The notes under the pieces were generated by a model that saw nothing but the letters and a program-made list of their open reading frames with translations, was not told where the DNA came from and did no database searches. Positions 1 through 10,078 of a stretch of 59,961 bases of DNA are shown here, in pieces. Within the stretch, counting starts at the first letter, position 1. The number at the start of each line of letters is the position of its first letter. Origin of the DNA: an uncultured Clostridia bacterium (GTDB lineage: Bacteria > Bacillota > Clostridia > Christensenellales > UBA1242); assembly GCA_944381205.1 (NCBI GenBank), contig CALWKG010000005.1, positions 1 to 59,961 of the forward strand, written 5' to 3'. The translations under genes and the position numbers were made by a program.

Positions 1-87
1 AGAAGAACCAACTGCATCTGCACCTTTTATTAATCCAGCATTTCTTAAAGCAAGGAACCTATCCAAAATCTTTTTTGTATAATTAAT
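1..87 (-). CDS. iscU: Fe-S scaffold IscU/NifU-type protein, N-terminal part only (runs off the window edge)
   Basis: Frame reads INYTKKILDRFLALRNAGLIKGADAVGSS, similar to the IscU N-terminus (YSEKVMDHFxNPRNVGxxxxADxVG). Lies directly after iscS. The only plausible start is ATT at 87, downstream of an AAGGA SD. Confidence 0.75.
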   Translation of the reverse strand, partial: MNYTKKILDRFLALRNAGLIKGADAVGSS

Positions 88-104
88 TTTTCTCTTCCTT
101 TTTA

Positions 105-1268
105 CTATTTTTTTGCTTTAATAGGAGATATACTCCTTAATTTTTCGACCGCTCTTTTAAGTTCTTTTACAACATAGTCAATCTCTTCTTTTGTATTATT
201 CGTGCCAAAAGAAAACCTAAGTGTGCTTTGGGCTTCTTCAATACTTAACCCCATAGCAAGAAGCACGTGGCTAGGCTCTACATTCCCGGTAGAACACGCA
301 GAACCAGTTGAAACCGCAATCCCCGCTAAATCTAGTAAGCAAAGCAAAGCCTTAGCATCAACATTATTAAAACTGATACTTGCTATTTGAGACACTCTTT
401 GATGCAAATGTCCGTTGACTGTAATATTTGAGATTTCTTTTTGAACTTCTGTAACGAAATAATCTCTTAAATATTTGGTTTTTTTAGTATCTATAATATA
501 ATTTTCTTGTAAAATCTCGCAAGCCTTACCAAAACCAACTATTTGCGGAACATTTAAAGTTCCCGCTCTTTTACCCCTTTCTTGTTCACCGCCGACAATG
601 AGATTATCTATTTTTACTCCCTTCCTTACATAAAGAGCACCTACCCCTTTTGGTCCGTGAAACTTATGGGCACTCATACTTAAAGCATCAATTTCCAAAT
701 CGTTTACATCTATTTTAAAGTTACCCATTGCACTTACTGCATCTGTGTGAAATAGCACGCCTTTTTCGTGAGCAATTTTTGCTATGGTTTTTAGGTTTTG
801 TATGGTCCCAACTTCGTTATTTGATGCCATAATACTAATCAAAATAGTGTTATGATTAATGTAGTGTAAAAGCCCAGCAATATCAACTAGTCCTGTCTTA
901 TCAACAGGAAGGTATGTAATTTCAAACCCCAACCTTTCTAAATTTTTACAAGCCTCTAAAATACTAGGATGTTCAATCTGAGATGTAATTATGTGATTTC
1001 CCTTTGCCCTGTTTGCAAGTGCAAGTCCAATTATCGCCCAGTTATTGCTTTCCGTCCCGCCAGAAGTAAAATAAATTTCAGAATTTTTTGCATTAATTAA
1101 ACTTGCGACCCTATCTCTTGCCTTATCAACAAGTGCGCTTGCATCTCTACCAAAAGAATGTAAACTATTTGGGTTGCCAAAAGTGTCACCATATGCTTCC
1201 AACATTTCGGTCAAAACCTCATCAGTAACCTTAGTTGTGGCGACATTATCTAGATAAATTTTTTGCAT
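105..1268 (-). CDS. iscS: Cysteine desulfurase (IscS/NifS)
   Basis: IYLDNVATT, FTSGGTESNN, PLP-Lys SAHKFHGPKG, catalytic STGSACS. Start moved to ATG 1268 after an AGGGG SD. Confidence 0.95.
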   Translation of the reverse strand: MQKIYLDNVATTKVTDEVLTEMLEAYGDTFGNPNSLHSFGRDASALVDKARDRVASLINAKNSEIYFTSGGTESNNWAIIGLALANRAKGNHIITSQIEHPSILEACKNLERLGFEITYLPVDKTGLVDIAGLLHYINHNTILISIMASNNEVGTIQNLKTIAKIAHEKGVLFHTDAVSAMGNFKIDVNDLEIDALSMSAHKFHGPKGVGALYVRKGVKIDNLIVGGEQERGKRAGTLNVPQIVGFGKACEILQENYIIDTKKTKYLRDYFVTEVQKEISNITVNGHLHQRVSQIASISFNNVDAKALLCLLDLAGIAVSTGSACSTGNVEPSHVLLAMGLSIEEAQSTLRFSFGTNNTKEEIDYVVKELKRAVEKLRSISPIKAKK

Positions 1269-1451
1269 TTTTCTACCCCTTTTTATACACTTGTATTTTA
1301 CAACATTATTAAAATTTGTCAATACCAATACTTAAAATTTAGCACTTTTGCCTATATAAATAATGCCATAATATCGTAAACAGTAACTGACCTACTTGAT
1401 TGTCTTTGGCAGGAAAAATTAATTTTTATTACCTAAAAACCGGTGTTATTA

Positions 1452-2690
1452 CTATAATACGTTCTCTCCTATATGAAAATTATCCTGCTTTATCTTTTTT
1501 ATTAGGTGAAAAAATATGACACTAACACTCAAATTGATTTTTTCTTCAATAGTCCCTTGTTTTATCTTTTCATTAAAAACGTGTATGCCCTCCTTGTTTC
1601 CTATGGCGAAAGTCAACGCGCCGCTTTCAAAGTCACCACACGAACTTACGACTATATCTGCCCCGGAATTTTCTAACATTCCAACCGCCATTTGATATGC
1701 AAGTTCAGAATAATCAATACTACTCTTTTTTAAAATGGTCTTTTCTACCCCAAGCAATTTGATTTTAGAATTATCATCTGTTGCAACAATACTTTCACTG
1801 ATAATATCGTGAGCATTATTTAGTGAATTATAAAGCGCTGATGTTAAAGTTCCTGCTGTAAAATCTTCGGCAAAGGCCAATTTGTATTTTCTAATGCTAG
1901 ACAGGGTATATATAAACTCTTCCAAACTTTCGTCTTTTTCAGAGTAAAAATAGGGCAAAAGTTTGGTATATATCTTGTTAACTATATTTTTTTGGGCATC
2001 ACTACGAGTGCCACCCTTTATACGAATTATAACTTCCCCGCGTAGCAATTTTTCGCTACAAATTATTTCTATATTATATTTATTGTGAATTTCATCTCGT
2101 AGCAAATTCTGCATATCACGCATTTTTATGCCAAAAGTTCTTAAAATATATGTCTTATCTTTATCGTTTTGAGCATTAGACAAAATGTATGGAAAAACAG
2201 AAGAAAAAAACATATGATACAACTCTTCTTCTTCCAAAGGCAATAAAAACACTCGCTTGCTTTCACCACATTCACACAAACAACCTTGAAAAGCACTAAA
2301 AGGATTTTTTATACTCCTGGCAATTTCGGGCATTTGAGATAAACTTGAATCTTCCTTGTGTAGTGGAACATTCTTTTCTTTGGCATACTCGTCAATATAT
2401 CGCCTTGCGTACTCACTATTTTCCATATTGCAGTTAAATTTATTACAAAGCAATTTTTTAACCATATAAAATTTATCCCACTCGTTTTCACAAATAACAA
2501 CAAGGGAATCGCAACTTTCAAAACCCAAATCTATTGCACTTTTGGCAGTAATTGAATCGCCTTTAATAATGTTTAAAAACAAGACATCTTGTTTGTTTTT
2601 GTATAATGAAGAAGAAATTTTTGACAATATACCCTGTTTATCGTGTGATACAAGTTCACTATTTGATATAACTATTAAACCTACTTTCAC
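1452..2690 (-). CDS. cinA: CinA-like (competence/damage-inducible) protein, catalytically degenerate
   Basis: Follows pgsA. Contains LRTFGI, LAFAEDFTAG (cf. AESCTGG), KIKLLGV and LAYQMAVG. GTG start with AGGAG SD. Confidence 0.7.
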   Translation of the reverse strand: MKVGLIVISNSELVSHDKQGILSKISSSLYKNKQDVLFLNIIKGDSITAKSAIDLGFESCDSLVVICENEWDKFYMVKKLLCNKFNCNMENSEYARRYIDEYAKEKNVPLHKEDSSLSQMPEIARSIKNPFSAFQGCLCECGESKRVFLLPLEEEELYHMFFSSVFPYILSNAQNDKDKTYILRTFGIKMRDMQNLLRDEIHNKYNIEIICSEKLLRGEVIIRIKGGTRSDAQKNIVNKIYTKLLPYFYSEKDESLEEFIYTLSSIRKYKLAFAEDFTAGTLTSALYNSLNNAHDIISESIVATDDNSKIKLLGVEKTILKKSSIDYSELAYQMAVGMLENSGADIVVSSCGDFESGALTFAIGNKEGIHVFNEKIKQGTIEEKINLSVSVIFFHLIKKIKQDNFHIGENVL

Positions 2691-2735
2691 TTCTTCTCCT
2701 TTTTAGTACAAAATACAAATTATTATCTTAATATT

Positions 2736-3356
2736 TTAATTTTCTTCTTTATTTTTTGTGTTATCATTCAAATCTTCTTTTGCAAAAAGTCCCTTGTTTT
2801 TAATTATATAATTAATTCCTGATAAGAGTGTTATGAATGTCGCAAAACATAGTACACTAAAACAAATATAATAACAAATAGTTGCTCCCTGTCCGGAAAT
2901 TACATTTTGCGAACAGAGTGCACTGTACAGCATAAATATAAACAATGCAATAAATTGTAAAACTGCTTTAATCTTTCCAAACATATCAGCAGAAATTATT
3001 ACATTTTTACTAGCGCCCAACTGTCTTAACGCACTTACCATAAACTCCCTTAAAACTATAATAACTGCAAAAATGACCCCAAATGGCGAAGCAATTGTAT
3101 TATCGCTAATAACAAGTAGCAGTGCAGTCGTAACAAACATCTTATCTGCTATTGTATCCAAAAATGTCCCTAAAACAGTTACTTGCCCGGTTTTTCTTGC
3201 AATATGTCCGTCAAAATAATCGGTTAACACCCCTATTAAAAATAAAATACTTGCAACTAATTTACCATACGCAAAAAAAGATTGCGACAGATAAAAAAAT
3301 ATAATAATAGGTATTAATAATATCCTGCAAACTGTAATTTTATTTGGTAAATTCAT
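2736..3356 (-). CDS. pgsA: CDP-diacylglycerol--glycerol-3-phosphate 3-phosphatidyltransferase
   Basis: MNLPNKIT..RI start and CDP-alcohol motif DYFDGHIAR...GTFLDTIADK. Confidence 0.95.
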   Translation of the reverse strand: MNLPNKITVCRILLIPIIIFFYLSQSFFAYGKLVASILFLIGVLTDYFDGHIARKTGQVTVLGTFLDTIADKMFVTTALLLVISDNTIASPFGVIFAVIIVLREFMVSALRQLGASKNVIISADMFGKIKAVLQFIALFIFMLYSALCSQNVISGQGATICYYICFSVLCFATFITLLSGINYIIKNKGLFAKEDLNDNTKNKEEN

Positions 3357-3369
3357 ATAATAAACCCCT

Positions 3370-4683
3370 TTAATATGTACTATTTTTATCGTGCACACCA
3401 ATAAAATAATAATCTTTAAAATTTGTTATTGTTACATCTACAAAAGCCCCTGGCAATAACTTATAAAAAGACCTAAAATATATCACATAATCTACATCTG
3501 GTGCACTAAAATAAGGCCTTCCAATATAATAATCACCGTCTTTGCCATCTACAATAACCTTAAAAGTTTCACCTTTTAAAGACCTATTTTTTGAGACGAT
3601 AATCTTTTGTTGTAAAGTTTCTATTTTGCCTAACCTTTTGTCTTTTTGCCTTTCTTCGACCTGCTCTGGTAAGTTATACGCAGATGTACCTTCTTCCCTA
3701 AAAAACTTAAAAAAGCCAACATTGTCTAGTTTGTATTTTTTTAAAAATTCACACAATTGCTTAAAGTCTTCTTTTGTTTCTCCGGGAAATCCAACCATAA
3801 ATGTAGACCTAATTTTTATATCTGGTATTTGCGTTCTTAATTTGTTAATAAGTTCTAAAATTTCGATTTTTCTACTACGTCTTTTCATTAAAGACAAAAC
3901 ATCGTCGCTAATGTGTTGTAGTGGCATATCTACATAGTGTACGACTTTGGGATTATTATTAATTTCTTCTATCAAATCATCTGTAATAAGGTCAGGATAA
4001 AGATATAAAAGCCTTATCCAAACTAAATTTTTTATTCTGCCTAATTGCTGTAACAACTCTACAAGACTTTCCCCCGTGTCAATACCAAATCTCGTAACAT
4101 CTTGTGCAACAAGTATAATTTCTTTTACTCCCCTATTTACCAAATCTTTTACTTCGTCAACAATCTCATTTGTCTTTCTAGATTTGTAATTTCCACGAAT
4201 ATATGGGATTTTACAAAATGAGCAATAATTATTACAACCATCTGCTATTTTTACATAGGCATAATGATAAGGGGTTGTAAGCAGTCTAGTTTGTTGTAGT
4301 TGAACCGCCTTAAATTTTTGTTTATACAAATCAAACACAATTTGAACTATATTATTGTAATCTTCCGGTAAAACAACTGCGTCTATACCTGCAATTTGTT
4401 GAATTAATTCTTGTTTTTGCAATATTGCTAAACAACCTGTTACAATCAATTTTTCAAGTTTTCCGGTTTTTTTATAATTAAGCATTTCAAGAATTGTATC
4501 TCTTGCTTCTTCTCTGGCGGGTTCTATAAAAGCACAAGTATTTATAATTAAAATATTTGCCTCTGATTCATCTTTGGTAAAAACAAATTCTTCCCTGTTA
4601 AATTTAGCAATAATATGCTCTAAGTCCACTCTATTTTTATCACAGCCAAGAGATATAAACCCTATTGTTTTTTTAAACTCCAT
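3370..4683 (-). CDS. rimO: Ribosomal protein S12 methylthiotransferase
   Basis: SLGCDKNRVD, INTCAFI, TGCL, radical-SAM GCNNYCSFC and C-terminal APDVD (TRAM). rimO-pgsA synteny. Confidence 0.93.
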   Translation of the reverse strand: MEFKKTIGFISLGCDKNRVDLEHIIAKFNREEFVFTKDESEANILIINTCAFIEPAREEARDTILEMLNYKKTGKLEKLIVTGCLAILQKQELIQQIAGIDAVVLPEDYNNIVQIVFDLYKQKFKAVQLQQTRLLTTPYHYAYVKIADGCNNYCSFCKIPYIRGNYKSRKTNEIVDEVKDLVNRGVKEIILVAQDVTRFGIDTGESLVELLQQLGRIKNLVWIRLLYLYPDLITDDLIEEINNNPKVVHYVDMPLQHISDDVLSLMKRRSRKIEILELINKLRTQIPDIKIRSTFMVGFPGETKEDFKQLCEFLKKYKLDNVGFFKFFREEGTSAYNLPEQVEERQKDKRLGKIETLQQKIIVSKNRSLKGETFKVIVDGKDGDYYIGRPYFSAPDVDYVIYFRSFYKLLPGAFVDVTITNFKDYYFIGVHDKNSTY

Positions 4684-4724
4684 ATTAGTCCTCATTTGAA
4701 TGAATATATTACCACATTTTATTC

Positions 4725-7640
4725 TTATTGCGCACCATAAATTTTGTTATAATCTTCCATAGTGACGTACACAGACCTAGGTTTACTGCCGTCTGATGCG
4801 GAAATAAATCCAGCCATTTCCATCTGGTCTATAATCTTTGCAGCTCTTTGATAGCCTATTGCAAACCTTCTTTGCAGTAAAGATATAGAAGCCTGCCCAT
4901 TTTCAATAACTAGTTTTAGCGCGTCCGGCATTAATGAATCTACACTAGGGACACTACCCGTGCCACTAAAAGACCCGCCACCTTCGGAGGAATTATTGTC
5001 TGAGTTAATAGCCTTTTCTATATCTTCATCGTAATAACAAGGGTTGTTATTTTTAACAAAATCAACCACCGCCTTAACTTCTGGTGTGTCTACAAAAGCA
5101 CCCTGCACCCTTATTGGTTCGCCATCTCTTGGTGAATAAAGCATATCACCTTTACCCAGTAATTTTTCAGCGCCACCTTGATCCAAAATAGTTTTTGAAT
5201 CCACATAGTTTGTGACTGCAAAGGCAATCCTAGTTGGAAGGTTAATCTTAATGCTACCCGTAATAATATCAACAGAAGGTCTTTGAGTAGCAAGTATTAA
5301 ATGAATCCCTGCCGCACGAGCCTTTTGAGTAAGCCGAATAATTCTTTCTTCAAGTTCCTTTTTATTAGTTGTTACAACAAGGTCAGCAAGTTCGTCCACA
5401 ATGAGTACCAAATAAGGCATTTTTGGTAGTTTTTTAGCCTGAACTTCTGGCTGTGCATTGTATTCGGCAAGATTTTTTACAAAACATTCTTGAAAAACAG
5501 TAAAACGTCTTTCCATCTCATCTATTAGCCAATCAAAAGCCTGTAAAGCCTTCTTAGGCTCGGTAACTGCTTTTGGCATTAGCAAGTGTGGTATGTCGCT
5601 ATAAATACTGAACTCCACTCTTTTTGGGTCTATTAAGATAATTCTTAAATCTTCTGGACTTGTTCTAAACAAAAGACTTAATATTAGCGCATTTAAACAT
5701 ACACTTTTACCAGAACCCGTAGACCCTGCTACAAGAAGGTGGGGCATTTTGTCTAGGTTGCAACAATAAACATTCCCATCCACGTCTTTACCAAGGGCAA
5801 ACGTAAGCGGAGCTTTTGCTTCCATAAAATTAGGAGAAGCAATAATGTCTTTTAAGCCAACTGTATCTATTTTGTTATTAGGAACTTCTATTCCAACCGC
5901 ACTTTTACCCCTAATAGGAGTTTCTATCCTAATGTCACTTTTAGCAGCCAAAGCAAGTGCAATATCTGACGAATGTGCGTGAATTTTTTTAACAGGTATA
6001 CCCGTTGGCATATGAAGTTCATACCTAGTTACAGCAGCACCCCGTCTTACTGCCTCTACCTTAGCAGGAATTTTAAATTCGTTTAAAACATTTTCCAAAA
6101 TCCTAATATTTTCTTCTATATTTGTTTCGTTATCATCATCATTTATATAGGTTTTTAAAAGGTCAACAGGGGGTTTTACATATTTGCTAGGATATTCAAA
6201 ATTAGGTTCTTTTTTCTTTTTACTTGCTTCTGCCCCACCATTTAAAACATCTAAATTAAAATTTCTGCTTACATTAACTGTACTAGACAAACTACTTTCT
6301 ATCGTCGTTGTGTCGTTATGATTTTTATATGTTTCTTCAACAAACCTTTGCGATTTTTCACTACTATCGTCATCAAAATTTGGTTCTCGCTTTTCTTCTA
6401 CTGCGTTTGAGTAATTGTCATCGCTTGTAAAATCATTATTAAAACTCCTTGGATTAAGCGGACTAAACTTTTTTTCAAAATCAGTTGGTTTAATAAAATC
6501 TTCTTCTAAATCAACTAAATTTGACAAATCGTCATCTTCATCTTCCTTAAAATCTGATTCAAAATTAAATTTTTTCTCAGGCTCTATCTCAAATTGGTTT
6601 ATACGTTTTATTTCTTGAACAGGAGGATTTTCTTCTTGTAATTCTTCCCTTCTTAACTTTTCGTTTTGCCTTTCGTTAAACTGACGCATCTTTTCTTTAT
6701 AATCGTCATAATCTTCTGCATTAATTATTGGATTTTCATTTTTGTTATACATATCGTGGATAGTAGATAAATACTCCATATTTTCTTTAAATACGGGGTT
6801 TTCTTTCTTTACTATTTTTTCATCTTCATAGATAAACTTTTGTGGCTTATCTTCCTTGATTGACCTGTTTTGCCATGTAGTAGAAGTGCCATACAATTTA
6901 GAATGAGCATCTACATTTTCAGGAGTGCTTTCTGTATACGTTTCGGCTTTTTTTAATCCCAAAAGTTCTTTTGCTCTCTCTTGCTTATACTCTTCTTCAC
7001 TAAGTTGTGGTTCTTCTTCCTGCTCTACAACATTTTCTTTTTCAACACTAGGGTTTTCTTCCCCCTTATAATATTCAACATCTTCGCTATCAAAATGAAA
7101 GGTCTGATAACTAGGCTTTTCGTTTTCAACCTTTATTTTGCGTTTATAATCGTCCAAATATGCTAATATAAAGTATATGGAAATAATAAGGGCAATACCA
7201 TAAATAACAATACCGGCGATATCGTGCAACAAACTAGTTATCGGGAACGTAAACACTCCTATTACAACCCCACCAGGTGTATAAAGTGAGTAAAAACAAG
7301 CCCGCAAATATTCGCCATAGGTTAAACTATTACCCTTAAAACCTGTAAAAATTATTTGCAAAACACACATTAAAAAGAAAAATGCAAGACACAAATAAAC
7401 AATATATTTCGGGGAATAAACAAAACGTTTGTTCATAATAAAAGCCACCCCGCACAAAATCATAAAAAGCAAAATAGGGTAAAGCATTATCCCAAAAACA
7501 CCTAACAAAAAAGCCTTTATTGCATAAACAAAGTTAAAAGTGGTGAATAAAAAAAGGACAAGCGACAATACAACCATAACAATCCCAATGGTCTTTTTTT
7601 TCCTTATTGTAATTAAGTTTTTTTCGCCTTCGCTGTCCAA
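4725..7640 (-). CDS. ftsK: DNA translocase FtsK/SpoIIIE
   Basis: N-terminal TM helices, acidic linker, Walker A AGSTGSGKS, IVDELADL, LATQRPS, and gamma domain (ASISLLQRRF.IGYQRAA). TTG start after GGAGG. Confidence 0.95.
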   Translation of the reverse strand: MDSEGEKNLITIRKKKTIGIVMVVLSLVLFLFTTFNFVYAIKAFLLGVFGIMLYPILLFMILCGVAFIMNKRFVYSPKYIVYLCLAFFFLMCVLQIIFTGFKGNSLTYGEYLRACFYSLYTPGGVVIGVFTFPITSLLHDIAGIVIYGIALIISIYFILAYLDDYKRKIKVENEKPSYQTFHFDSEDVEYYKGEENPSVEKENVVEQEEEPQLSEEEYKQERAKELLGLKKAETYTESTPENVDAHSKLYGTSTTWQNRSIKEDKPQKFIYEDEKIVKKENPVFKENMEYLSTIHDMYNKNENPIINAEDYDDYKEKMRQFNERQNEKLRREELQEENPPVQEIKRINQFEIEPEKKFNFESDFKEDEDDDLSNLVDLEEDFIKPTDFEKKFSPLNPRSFNNDFTSDDNYSNAVEEKREPNFDDDSSEKSQRFVEETYKNHNDTTTIESSLSSTVNVSRNFNLDVLNGGAEASKKKKEPNFEYPSKYVKPPVDLLKTYINDDDNETNIEENIRILENVLNEFKIPAKVEAVRRGAAVTRYELHMPTGIPVKKIHAHSSDIALALAAKSDIRIETPIRGKSAVGIEVPNNKIDTVGLKDIIASPNFMEAKAPLTFALGKDVDGNVYCCNLDKMPHLLVAGSTGSGKSVCLNALILSLLFRTSPEDLRIILIDPKRVEFSIYSDIPHLLMPKAVTEPKKALQAFDWLIDEMERRFTVFQECFVKNLAEYNAQPEVQAKKLPKMPYLVLIVDELADLVVTTNKKELEERIIRLTQKARAAGIHLILATQRPSVDIITGSIKINLPTRIAFAVTNYVDSKTILDQGGAEKLLGKGDMLYSPRDGEPIRVQGAFVDTPEVKAVVDFVKNNNPCYYDEDIEKAINSDNNSSEGGGSFSGTGSVPSVDSLMPDALKLVIENGQASISLLQRRFAIGYQRAAKIIDQMEMAGFISASDGSKPRSVYVTMEDYNKIYGAQ

Positions 7641-7706
7641 AATTAACTCCTCCAAGTAAAATTTTAGCACATTTTAAACTAAAATCAAAAGTTTTTAAGC
7701 ATATTT

Positions 7707-8978
7707 TTATTCAAAACACTCAAAAATTTGGGTGTCGGCAGTTTTACTTACTACACTGCCACAAACATTAGAAAAGTTAAAAACTTTGTTAGCAACTCGC
7801 ATAACGTCTTCTTTTGTCACATTTTCTATCTCTCTTAGTCTGTCTTCTGTACTAATTACTCTGTTAAAAATTAAGATATTTTGTGCTAATCTGTTGGCTA
7901 TATCCATACCTCTTTCTTTACTAGAAAGCAACGCACTTTTTAGATAAAACTTTACCCTTTCTAATTCTTTATCGGTAATTCCGTTTTCTAAAATTTCATT
8001 AATTTCTCTCTTTACCAACTCTACCGCGTGCTTTGCATTTTTATCACTGGTACCAAAATAAATCAAAAGATGTCCGCCCAATTTTGACATTTCTACTATG
8101 GAATATATGGTATAAACTAACCCTTCATCATTTCTAATCCTACTAAAAAGTCTGGAACTATTTACCCCACCAAAAATACCATCTAAGACTTGATATGCCG
8201 CCATATCACTAGAATATACATTATCAGTTGGAAAGCCCAAGACGACATTTGTTTGCGAAATATCCTTTTTTATATTAGTAAATTTTTTATCGGGGATAGT
8301 TGTTATAGATTTTGGTTTTTCTATAACAGACATAACAACACCCTTAAATTTGCTTTGGTTTATATATTTATCTACTAGCCTTTTTACCTGCAAAAAACTA
8401 AGGCTTGTTACAACTGACACAACGATATTATTAGGAGTATAATTTTGCTGTACATATTCAAGGATTTTTTTACGATTTATCCCTTTTAAACTTTCTTTTG
8501 TACCCAAAACAGTTAAAGACGCACTAGACCCTGCATAAAATACTTTGTAAAAATTTTCAAAAGCAATAGAACTAGGGTCATCTTCGTACATATCAATTTC
8601 TTCATAAATTACTTTGCGTTCTTTTTCTATATCTTCTTCTTTATAATTTGAAAACAAAACCACATCACTTAAAATTTCTAGTGTTTCTTCAAATTTTTCG
8701 TTGAGTCCTATGGCATAATAGCAAGTTTTTTGTTGTGTTGTATAAGCATTTGCCCTTGCTCCTACTTCTTCAAAATTTCGCATTATATCCTTATCGTTTC
8801 TCTTTTTTGTACCCTTAAAAGTTAGATGCTCTATAAAATGTGATATTCCATTATTTTCAGCGGTCTCATTAATACTACCAGTATCAACGGCTATATAAAT
8901 AGACATAGGTCTATATTCTTCTACTTTGGCATAAACTAACCTTAGCCCAGATTCATAAGTAAAAGTATTAAATTTCAT
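7707..8978 (-). CDS. M16 family zinc peptidase (YmxG/MlpA-like)
   Basis: Inverted zinc motif HFIEH and NAYT. pnp-ylxY-M16 order as in other Bacillota. Confidence 0.9.
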   Translation of the reverse strand: MKFNTFTYESGLRLVYAKVEEYRPMSIYIAVDTGSINETAENNGISHFIEHLTFKGTKKRNDKDIMRNFEEVGARANAYTTQQKTCYYAIGLNEKFEETLEILSDVVLFSNYKEEDIEKERKVIYEEIDMYEDDPSSIAFENFYKVFYAGSSASLTVLGTKESLKGINRKKILEYVQQNYTPNNIVVSVVTSLSFLQVKRLVDKYINQSKFKGVVMSVIEKPKSITTIPDKKFTNIKKDISQTNVVLGFPTDNVYSSDMAAYQVLDGIFGGVNSSRLFSRIRNDEGLVYTIYSIVEMSKLGGHLLIYFGTSDKNAKHAVELVKREINEILENGITDKELERVKFYLKSALLSSKERGMDIANRLAQNILIFNRVISTEDRLREIENVTKEDVMRVANKVFNFSNVCGSVVSKTADTQIFECFE

Positions 8979-9094
8979 ACAAAAAACTCCTTTAAGCAAT
9001 TATAACCGCAAAAAAAGAATTTATAAAACGATTTTTGTTGTTTTTGCTATTAAATTTTTAGAGTTTTCAAAAATTTTTTATTTATTTTAAAAAA

Positions 9095-9829
9095 TTATTG
9101 AATTCCCAAAGTTTTACTAACAGTTGTGGGGGTTAACCCCTTTGATTTTAAATCCTTTATAATCTTATCCAAGGCTTTTACTGTACATTCCGTTGGGTGC
9201 ATTAAAATTAAATCCCCGCCAGCAGTCTTTTCTGTTGCGCGTTTAAAAATTAAGTTTTTGTCTTTGTCTCGCCAATCTATTGTGTCCAAACTCCACATAA
9301 TAGTTTTATACCCTAAATTTTCCGCAACATTTAAAACCTTTTCGTTGAGACTTCCCGATGGTGGTGCGAAAAGTGTAGTTTTTACCCCTATAATTCCCTT
9401 TATTAGTTCTTCGGTCATATAAATCTCGCTTTTACCCGCATCAGCACTTATTTTTGCGTGGTCTTTATGAAAATATCCGTGATTTCCAATCTCGTGCCCC
9501 TTTTCGTAAATCTTTTTTAGATATTCGTTATTTTTTCCCGCCCAACAACCCCCAATAAAAAAGGTTGTAGTAACGTCGTTATCTTCAAAAATTTGCAACA
9601 TTTCGTCCAGATACTCCGTGCCCCAATAAACATTTATCATAAGTGAAACATTGCTAGAATTTTTATCCCCATAATAGTATGCAGGGGCATTGGTCTGGTA
9701 AACAGTAGCAGATATAGGCAACAGAACAGACACTCCTAAAACAGCAAAAATTAGTAGTGATAAAATTACATTACAAGTAATATTTACAAAATGTCTTTCG
9801 TTATTTAAGTTAAATCCAAAAATTTTCAT
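9095..9829 (-). CDS. ylxY: Sporulation polysaccharide deacetylase-family protein (YlxY/SwsB-like)
   Basis: N-terminal TM and NodB-type motifs SLMINVYWG, HEIGNHGYFH, FAPPSG, WSLDTIDW, LMHP. Follows pnp. Confidence 0.8.
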   Translation of the reverse strand: MKIFGFNLNNERHFVNITCNVILSLLIFAVLGVSVLLPISATVYQTNAPAYYYGDKNSSNVSLMINVYWGTEYLDEMLQIFEDNDVTTTFFIGGCWAGKNNEYLKKIYEKGHEIGNHGYFHKDHAKISADAGKSEIYMTEELIKGIIGVKTTLFAPPSGSLNEKVLNVAENLGYKTIMWSLDTIDWRDKDKNLIFKRATEKTAGGDLILMHPTECTVKALDKIIKDLKSKGLTPTTVSKTLGIQ

Positions 9830-9834
9830 ATAAA

Positions 9835-9864
9835 AGTATATGAAAACCACACTACAAATTATGA
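9835..9864 (-). promoter_or_regulatory. sigma-E-like sporulation promoter of ylxY
   Basis: Minus strand TCATAAT-N15-CATATACT fits the sigma-E consensus pattern. Confidence 0.6.
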
Positions 9865-10004
9865 AACAACAAAAATAGTTGATAACTACCCACTACTATT
9901 AGAGAACAATGATAATAAACCACTATATTCTGTCGGTTCAACATTGTAGTTTGACAGACAACAAGGCATAATTTACACAGAAAAATTTAAAAACACGTTA
10001 AAAC

Positions 10005-10058
10005 AAAAAAAAGACTAAGTTAATTGCTTTTTTTTAAAGTGTAAACTTAGTCTATTTT
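10005..10058 (-). terminator. Intrinsic terminator after pnp
   Basis: AGACTAAGTT...AACTTAGTCT stem followed by a U-tract on the minus strand. Confidence 0.7.
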
Positions 10059-10078
10059 AATAGTAAATTGGTTTTATT

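Noticed and set aside
1381-1410. Possible Rrf2 (IscR/CymR) box upstream of iscS
   Set aside because: Poor symmetry and no regulator gene nearby; it cannot be supported from the sequence.
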